A stretch of 64,000 nucleotides of DNA from an uncultured Thermoanaerobaculia bacterium (GTDB taxonomy: Bacteria; Acidobacteriota; Thermoanaerobaculia; Multivoradales; Multivoraceae): assembly GCA_951813015.1 (NCBI GenBank), contig CATOTG010000002.1, forward strand, positions 325,310 to 389,309. The letters are read 5' to 3'. Numbering within the stretch: the first letter of the stretch is position 1; the number at the start of each line of letters is the position of its first letter. The position numbers and the translations under genes are program-made. A model generated the notes under the pieces. It did no database searches. It saw nothing but the letters and a program-made list of their open reading frames with translations, and was not told the DNA's origin. Of this stretch, positions 58,473-64,000 are shown piece by piece.

Positions 58473-58515
58473 CGAGCACCCGGATGGCACTCCGGCGGCG
58501 AGTCCTCGAAGGGCG

Positions 58516-59862
58516 CTATTGGGCGGCCAGGGAGACACGGATGATCTCCTCGTCGTTGCGCGCGATGATGTGGCGGTTGGCGTAGGCCGGGTGGGTCCAG
58601 TTCACCATCGCGTCGTAGAACCTGCCCGGACCGAAGCCGGATCGCGTCGTCGGCTCGATCAGCCTGGCGCGATCGATCTCCTCGTAGCCGTCACGGGTGA
58701 AGCGGGCGATGATCAGGTCGCCGACGTCGTTGTTGACGAACCAGCGGTCGCCGTGCTTGACCATGAAGGCGGCGCCCCAGCGGCCCTGGCGGGTCATCCC
58801 GTCGCTCTCCCAGAGGCGTGAGCCGTCCGACGCGTCCAGACCGCGCAACTGGCCGTAGCTGCAGACCCCGTAGATCGTGTCGCCCTCGAGGATCGGCGTC
58901 GTGATCAGGGAGTGGAGGCCCTGCGTCTCCTCCGGCATCTCGCTGCGACTCTGGCCCCGCCACAGCTCCTTGACCTCCGGCTTGTCCTCAGCGAGTTCCA
59001 GCAGCAGCGAACCGCGGTAGAAGTGGCTGAACAACAGCCGGTTGTCGTCAATCACGGGGGTCGTCACCGTCATGCCCGAGGCCACTTCCCAGGGAACGGT
59101 CCAGTAAACCTCGCCGGTCGCCGGATCGAGTGAGTTGACCGCCTTCGGTTCCCAGATGATGAGCTGCTCCACGCCGCCGGCTTCAAAGATCATCGGCTGG
59201 CCGTAGCCCATCTCCCAGTCCGAGGACAGGGACCGCCAGACCTCTTCGCCCGTGTGCTTGTTGAAGGCGATCACCTTGCCGTTTGGCTCGGCCCCCACGA
59301 TCTGGATCAGCAGGTCGCCGTGCACGAGCGGTGAAGTGGCGAACCCCCAGATCGTGACGCTGGCGTCGCCCTGCTCCACCGAGTCGTAGCCCCAGATCAC
59401 CTCGCCGGTCTCTGCCTCAAGCGCGATCAGGTGGCCGACGGCCCCCATCACGTACAGCGTGTCGCCGTCGACCGCCGGCGTCGAGCGGGGACCGATCGCA
59501 TAGCTCTGCTGCAGCGCCGAGTAGTTCACGTCCCACTCGCGGCGCCAGAGCTCCTCGCCGGTCTCCTCGTCGAGCGCCAGGACGCGTTCCTTGCCCGTGA
59601 TGGCGCGAGTGCCTTCCACGCGCCGCCAGTCGGTCACGAACACGCGACCGTCCGCGACCACCGGCCCCGAGTAGCCGCCGTGGATCGGCACCCGCCAGAC
59701 CGCTTCGAGGCCGCCCTCGGGAAACTCCTCCACGATGCCGTCCTCCTGCCACACGCCGGAACGGTCGACGCCCCTCCACTGCGGCCAGTCGTCGGCCAAC
59801 GCCGGCACGGTCAACGTCAACCCCAGCACGATGCCAAGGGTGCGAATCGCTAAGGCTTGCAC
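58516..59862 (-). CDS. PQQ-repeat beta-propeller protein (BamB-like), secreted
   Basis: 448 aa. Signal peptide and repeated W-motifs (...LYVMGAVGHLIALEAETGEVIW...) characteristic of PQQ-like propellers. Confidence 0.75.
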   Translation of the reverse strand: MQALAIRTLGIVLGLTLTVPALADDWPQWRGVDRSGVWQEDGIVEEFPEGGLEAVWRVPIHGGYSGPVVADGRVFVTDWRRVEGTRAITGKERVLALDEETGEELWRREWDVNYSALQQSYAIGPRSTPAVDGDTLYVMGAVGHLIALEAETGEVIWGYDSVEQGDASVTIWGFATSPLVHGDLLIQIVGAEPNGKVIAFNKHTGEEVWRSLSSDWEMGYGQPMIFEAGGVEQLIIWEPKAVNSLDPATGEVYWTVPWEVASGMTVTTPVIDDNRLLFSHFYRGSLLLELAEDKPEVKELWRGQSRSEMPEETQGLHSLITTPILEGDTIYGVCSYGQLRGLDASDGSRLWESDGMTRQGRWGAAFMVKHGDRWFVNNDVGDLIIARFTRDGYEEIDRARLIEPTTRSGFGPGRFYDAMVNWTHPAYANRHIIARNDEEIIRVSLAAQ

Positions 59863-59970
59863 GGAAGGGACCTCCTCCTGCTGGCGACGGAGCCTGCTTG
59901 CTCGTCGGCGCGCGTTGTGGGATGGAGGCGTAACTTACCAGCAGCCAAGGTGGCCTCCATTCCTGCAGGG

Positions 59971-60007
59971 AAAAAAAGCCGGCCGCGCAGCGATGCGCGG
60001 CCGGCCA
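59971..60007 (-). terminator. Rho-independent terminator of glnA
   Basis: On the glnA strand, a perfect GC stem ggccggccgcgc/gcgcggccggcc with loop atcgct, followed by a T7 run, about 70 nt after the glnA stop. Confidence 0.7.
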
Positions 60008-60075
60008 GTGTCGCGGGTCTTCCGACCCGCGATTCCGGAATCCACCGAGCGCCGCCAACGGCGCCGGCTTCCCGA

Positions 60076-61497
60076 CTAGATGTCGTAGTACAGCGCGAAC
60101 TCGTGCGGATGCGGCCGCAGCGCCACCTCCTGGCACTCGCTCTCCCGCTTGTACGCGATGTGGTTTTCGATCACGTCCTCGTCGAACACGCCGCCCGCTG
60201 TGAGGAAGTCGTGGTCGTCCTCGAGGGCGTCGAGCGCCTCGTCCAGCGTCGCCGGCGTGGTCGGAACCCCTTGGCTCTCCTCCGGCGACAGGTCGTAGAT
60301 GTCGACGTCGAGCGAGCTGCCCGGATCGGTCTCGTTCTGGATGCCGTCGAGGGCCGCCATCAGGAGCGCCGCGAAGGCGAGATACGGGTTGCAGCTCGGG
60401 TCGGGGCAACGGAACTCGACCCGCTTCGCCTTCGGCGAGGGCGAGTACATCGGAATCCGCACCGCGGCGCTCCGATTGCGCTGCGAGTACACCAGGTTGA
60501 CCGGCGCCTCGAAGCCCGGCACCAGCCGCTTGTAGCTGTTCGTCGTCGGGTTGGTGAAGGCGAGCAGCGCCGGCGCGTGCTTGAGCAGACCGCCGATCGC
60601 GTGCATTGCCATGTCGGACAGTCCGGCATAGCCGTCGCCCGCGAACAGAGGCACTCCGTCCTTCCAGAGCGAAAGGTGGATGTGCATGCCGCTGCCGTTG
60701 TCCTCGAACAGGGGCTTGGGCATGAAGGTGACGGTCTTGCCGTGCTTGGCGGCCGTGTTCTTGATGATGTACTTGTAGAGCATCATCGCGTCCGCCATCT
60801 CGACCAGCGGCGAAAACCGGAGGTCGATCTCGGCCTGACCACCGGTGCCGACTTCGTGGTGCTGGCACTCGGGGTTGAGACCGAGATCCTCCATCATCAG
60901 GATCATCTCGCTGCGCATGTCCTGGTGCTTGTCGGTCGGCGGTACCGGGAAGTAGCCCTCCTTGTAGCGCGGCTTGTAGCCCAGGTTCGGCCCTTCGTCG
61001 GCGCCGCTGTTCCAGCGGCCCTCGATCGAGTCGACCTCGTAGAAGGCGAAGTTCGGCCCACCGTCGAAGCGCACGTCGTCGAAGATGAAGAACTCCGCCT
61101 CCGGGCCGAAGTAGGCAGTGTCGGCGAGACCCGTCGACTGCACGTAGGCCTCCGCGGCCCTGGCGACGCCGCGCGGGTCGCGCCCATAGCTCTCACGCGT
61201 GATCGGGTCGACGATGTTGCACGTCATGACCAGCGTCTTGTGCTCGAAGTACGGGTCGATGAAGGCAGTGCCGGGCTCGGGCACGACCAGCATGTCCGAC
61301 TCGTTGATCACCTGCCAACCGCGAATACTCGATCCGTCGAACCCGAGTCCGTCCTCGAACGTGCTCTCGTCGACCTCGCTGGCCGGCACCGAGAAGTGCT
61401 GCCAAAGACCGGGGAAGTCCGTGAACCTGAAATCGACGATCTGGACGCCCTCGTCCCGGATCCGTCCGATGATCGACTGGGGGCTAACCTCTGCCAT
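60076..61497 (-). CDS. glnA: Glutamine synthetase type I
   Basis: 473 aa. GS-I signatures [39 protein letters not shown], and a Tyr adenylylation-loop region. RBS AAAGGAGG sits before ATG 61497. Confidence 0.95.
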   Translation of the reverse strand: MAEVSPQSIIGRIRDEGVQIVDFRFTDFPGLWQHFSVPASEVDESTFEDGLGFDGSSIRGWQVINESDMLVVPEPGTAFIDPYFEHKTLVMTCNIVDPITRESYGRDPRGVARAAEAYVQSTGLADTAYFGPEAEFFIFDDVRFDGGPNFAFYEVDSIEGRWNSGADEGPNLGYKPRYKEGYFPVPPTDKHQDMRSEMILMMEDLGLNPECQHHEVGTGGQAEIDLRFSPLVEMADAMMLYKYIIKNTAAKHGKTVTFMPKPLFEDNGSGMHIHLSLWKDGVPLFAGDGYAGLSDMAMHAIGGLLKHAPALLAFTNPTTNSYKRLVPGFEAPVNLVYSQRNRSAAVRIPMYSPSPKAKRVEFRCPDPSCNPYLAFAALLMAALDGIQNETDPGSSLDVDIYDLSPEESQGVPTTPATLDEALDALEDDHDFLTAGGVFDEDVIENHIAYKRESECQEVALRPHPHEFALYYDI

Positions 61498-62029
61498 GAA
61501 GTCCTCCTTTGCTTTTCCTTGCCGCGGTGAAGCCGCGCTGAACCTGTCTGGTCAAGCCGCCGACCCGACGGCCCTTCTGCATGCGCGAAACGCGCTTTCG
61601 CCGCGTGTCTATCAGCGAGTCCATCAACTGGCAACCCACGACGCCGGCACCGTGGTTCTTCCGCTAGCAACCTCCGTGCCCGCGTGCGTTTCGGCCTGGT
61701 TGCCCAGACGGTGGCACGGCCCTGATTCTTGGTGCCGAAGGGGCGAACGTGACACCCGCTCCCCGATCGCCCCCTCTCACACGGGCTGTCGTCCGGCAGG
61801 CGGACCAACAACTCTGTCGCAACCAGGCCAGGGATCCGACGTTTCTGTAGCCATCCTGTCGTCCGGACCTGGCAACCCGCATGGCCGGATGCCGGCGCGC
61901 AAGCCGGCCCTCATCGCTGTCACGCGCATCTCTCCGGAGTCGAGCCAACGGCTCTCTCGCGGCTCCGGAACGCCCCCTACACAAGTCGCCCCGAGGAGGC
62001 CCCCGGAGCCTGTGATGCACTTCGGGGAG

Positions 62030-63340
62030 CTACCCCGTTTCCAGGCGACTCAGGACGGCGGCATCCTCGCGCCAGCCCGGCTCTGTCCGCACCCGCAGCT
62101 CCAGGTACACCCGCCGACCCAGGAACCCCTCCAGGTCCCGACGGGCGGCGGTGCCGATCTCCTTGATCCGCTTGCCGCCGCGACCGATCACGATGCCCTT
62201 GTGGCTGTCCCGGTCGACGAGGATGTGCGCCAGCAGATCCGTTCGTTTCGCGCCCTCCTCCCAGGCTTCGATCACGACCGCGGTCGTGAACGGCAGCTCG
62301 TCGTGCGTCTGCTCGAGCACCTTCTCCCGGATGAGCTCCGCTGCCAGGAACCGCTCCGTCTGCACGGTCAGGAGCTCCGGGTCGTGCCGGCGCTCGCCCG
62401 TCGGCAGGTGACGCCAGAGGATCTCCAGGACCTGTTCCACGCCGTCCCCGGTGAGCGCCGAGATCGGTACGATGTCCTTGAACACGCCGCTTTCCGCGTA
62501 ACGCTCGATCTCGGGCAGAATCTTCGGCTTCGAGACCTGGTCGATCTTGTTCAGCAGGCACAAGACGGGGCGCTCTCGTTCGGCCGCCGCGGCAGCGCCG
62601 ACGAGATCGAGGGCATAGGCCTCTCCCTTGCCGAAGGGAACCGCCACGTCGCGGATCAGACACACGACGTCGGCCTCCTTGACCGCCGCGGAAGCCGCGT
62701 GAACCATGCGCCGGTTAAGCCGGTGCAGGGGACGGTGCAGGCCCGGGGTGTCGTGAAACACCATCTGGCCAAGCTCCGTGGTCAGAATGCCGATCAACCG
62801 GTGGCGGGTGGTCTGCGGCTTGTCCGACACGATCGCCAGCTTCTCTCCCAGCAACCGGTTCATCAGCGTCGACTTGCCCGCGTTCGGTCGCCCCACGAAG
62901 GCCACCGTTCCGGCCTTGTACGGCCCGAGGAACTGCGACCGCAGCCGCTGCTCCAGAGCCTCCATCTCGCCCTCGTCCGTCTCGTGGTCGTATCCCAGGC
63001 AGTGGAGGATTCCGTGCAGTGCGAGCACCTGAAGTTCCCGCTCCAGGGCCGTGCCGCTGCGCTCGTGCGCCGTCTCCACCGAGATCACGACATCGCCAAG
63101 GTGACGCCCCTCGGGAGTCGTCTCGCCGGGAAAGGAGAGCACGTCGGTCGCCGAATCGGCCGCCCTGTAGCGGTGGTTCAGTTCCCGGATCTCGTCGTCG
63201 TCGACAAGTCGAAGGGTCAACGTCGCGGAATCCGCCGCCAGTTCACCGACCGCGTCGTGAGCGACGCGGCGCAGGCCAGGAAGACAGGCCCGGCACGTGG
63301 CCTCCACACAAGCCGCCACCTGCAGATCGATGGTCACCAC
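62030..63340 (-). CDS. YbeY endoribonuclease fused in-frame to GTPase Era
   Basis: One 436-aa ORF. Residues 1-140 carry the YbeY motif HGILHCLGYDHETDEGEMEALE. From about 145, Era motifs G1 GRPNAGKST, G3 DTPG, G4 NKID and a C-terminal KH domain GIVIGRGGKRIKEIG. There is no stop between the two parts. Confidence 0.8.
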   Translation of the reverse strand: MVTIDLQVAACVEATCRACLPGLRRVAHDAVGELAADSATLTLRLVDDDEIRELNHRYRAADSATDVLSFPGETTPEGRHLGDVVISVETAHERSGTALERELQVLALHGILHCLGYDHETDEGEMEALEQRLRSQFLGPYKAGTVAFVGRPNAGKSTLMNRLLGEKLAIVSDKPQTTRHRLIGILTTELGQMVFHDTPGLHRPLHRLNRRMVHAASAAVKEADVVCLIRDVAVPFGKGEAYALDLVGAAAAAERERPVLCLLNKIDQVSKPKILPEIERYAESGVFKDIVPISALTGDGVEQVLEILWRHLPTGERRHDPELLTVQTERFLAAELIREKVLEQTHDELPFTTAVVIEAWEEGAKRTDLLAHILVDRDSHKGIVIGRGGKRIKEIGTAARRDLEGFLGRRVYLELRVRTEPGWREDAAVLSRLETG

Positions 63341-63350
63341 GCTGAAGAAG

Positions 63351-64000
63351 TCAGTCGGACCGACCGCCGCCGGCGCCGCCCGCTGCTCCGCCGGGAAGAA
63401 CCCGCAGGGAACCCCGACCTTCCCCGTCCCATTCGAAGCCCGGGTACTCCACCCGATGGTGGTGGATCGTCTTCAGGACATTCTGCAGGGTGTAGCTCAG
63501 CCGCCGCAGGTCAAAGAGCGTCAGATCCGTCTGATCCAGCTGGCCATCCTCGACGATGTCGTCCAGAAGACGCGTCACCAGTTTCCGAATCGAATCCTCG
63601 GAGAAGTCCTCCAGGGTTCGGCTCGCGGCCTCCACCGTATCGGCGACCATCAGCACGCCCATCGTCTTGTTCTGGGGCATGGGACCCGTGTAGCGGTACT
63701 GGTGCTCGTTTACCTTTTGCCCCGGCTCGGCCCGCTCCTTCGCGCGGGCGAGGAAGTAGCCGACCGTGCGAGTGCCGTGGTGCTGTTCGATCGCGTCGAC
63801 GATCGGCTGCGGCAGCCCCTGCTCCCGAGCGAGGACGACGCCTTCCTTCACGTGATCGAGGAGGATCAGCGCCGACACCGACGGCGCGAGGCTGTCGTGC
63901 GGGTTGTCGCCATCCCGCTGGTTCTCCACGAAGTACCGGGGCCGAAGCACCTTGCCGATGTCGTGGTAGAGGCCTCCCACATACGCCAGCGTCGGGTTCC
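63351..64000 (-). CDS. HDIG-domain membrane-associated phosphohydrolase (YqfF-like), 5' end beyond the window
   Basis: C-terminal HD-domain residues LYHDIGK...HHGT. The ORF is open to the window end. Conserved phoH-HDIG-ybeY-era neighbourhood. Confidence 0.7.
   Translation of the reverse strand, partial: NPTLAYVGGLYHDIGKVLRPRYFVENQRDGDNPHDSLAPSVSALILLDHVKEGVVLAREQGLPQPIVDAIEQHHGTRTVGYFLARAKERAEPGQKVNEHQYRYTGPMPQNKTMGVLMVADTVEAASRTLEDFSEDSIRKLVTRLLDDIVEDGQLDQTDLTLFDLRRLSYTLQNVLKTIHHHRVEYPGFEWDGEGRGSLRVLPGGAAGGAGGGRSD

Noticed and set aside
61730-61760. Sigma54 promoter upstream of glnA (TGGCAC element)
   Set aside because: TGGCAC is present, but the expected TTGC(A/T) at the -12 position, 5 nt downstream, is absent on either strand.
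1-64000. tRNA, rRNA or other structured RNA genes
   Set aside because: No T-loop-like GGTTCGAATCC contexts with cloverleaf potential were seen in any intergenic region. Nearly the whole window is protein-coding. Without a covariance-model search this is a negative observation only.

Overview
High-GC (roughly 65-70%) chromosomal segment from a Gram-negative-type bacterium. The lineage is not actinobacterial: it has a class II xylose isomerase, an OmpH/Skp chaperone and TonB-dependent receptors. The phylum cannot be assigned from sequence alone.

The first ~26 kb is ordinary chromosome:
- xylose utilisation (a 5'-truncated sugar isomerase, xylA, xylB);
- a MoxR AAA ATPase / VWA protein / membrane protein operon;
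- a Sir2-family deacetylase (cobB);
- an S1-domain RNA-binding protein with an N-terminal PEAETR repeat;
- a small DUF1820-like protein and OmpH/Skp;
- three amidohydrolase-fold modules, two of them fused in one protein and two lacking the HxH metal-binding motif;
- endonuclease III (nth);
- an M20 peptidase;
- an unknown secreted protein;
- pdxA;
- a TonB-dependent receptor;
- an M24 peptidase;
- two adjacent acyl-CoA dehydrogenase genes.

From about 26.6 to 55.6 kb lies a composite, all-plus-strand defence island, which I take to be the most interesting part. In order it contains:
- (i) a SNF2-family helicase pseudogene (N-terminal SNF2_assoc domain) broken by at least six frameshifts, at least four at C-homopolymer runs, followed by an intact SWIM zinc-finger partner;
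- (ii) a second SNF2-like helicase (drmD-like) and a 1504-aa N6-adenine methyltransferase (drmMI-like);
- (iii) an AAA ATPase plus S8 subtilase pair (IetAS-like);
- (iv) an ASCH-domain gene followed by a divergent, uncharacterised TcmP + Gp37/Gp68 (DUF5131) pair;
- (v) a mobile-element scar: frameshifted DUF222/HNH endonuclease, IS3 orfA remnant, phd/vapC toxin-antitoxin;
- (vi) a diverged 70-codon 5' fragment of a drmA paralog;
- (vii) an AAA_21 ATPase plus DUF4276 pair translationally coupled into drmA;
- (viii) drmA (helicase), drmB (DUF1998) and drmC (PLD).

Together (ii) and (viii) look like a class-1 DISARM system split by about 11 kb of inserted defence and mobile cargo.

The right end is housekeeping: a beta-lactamase-fold hydrolase, a sialidase-like BNR-repeat protein, a PQQ-repeat propeller protein, glnA with a clean terminator and a long structured upstream region, a ybeY-era gene fusion, and a partial HDIG gene.

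Other oddities: a CRISPR-like mini array (three 28-bp repeats, 33-bp spacers) with no cas genes downstream of xylB, and a ~20-bp motif shared upstream of the amidohydrolase and M20 peptidase genes. No rRNA or tRNA genes were recognised.
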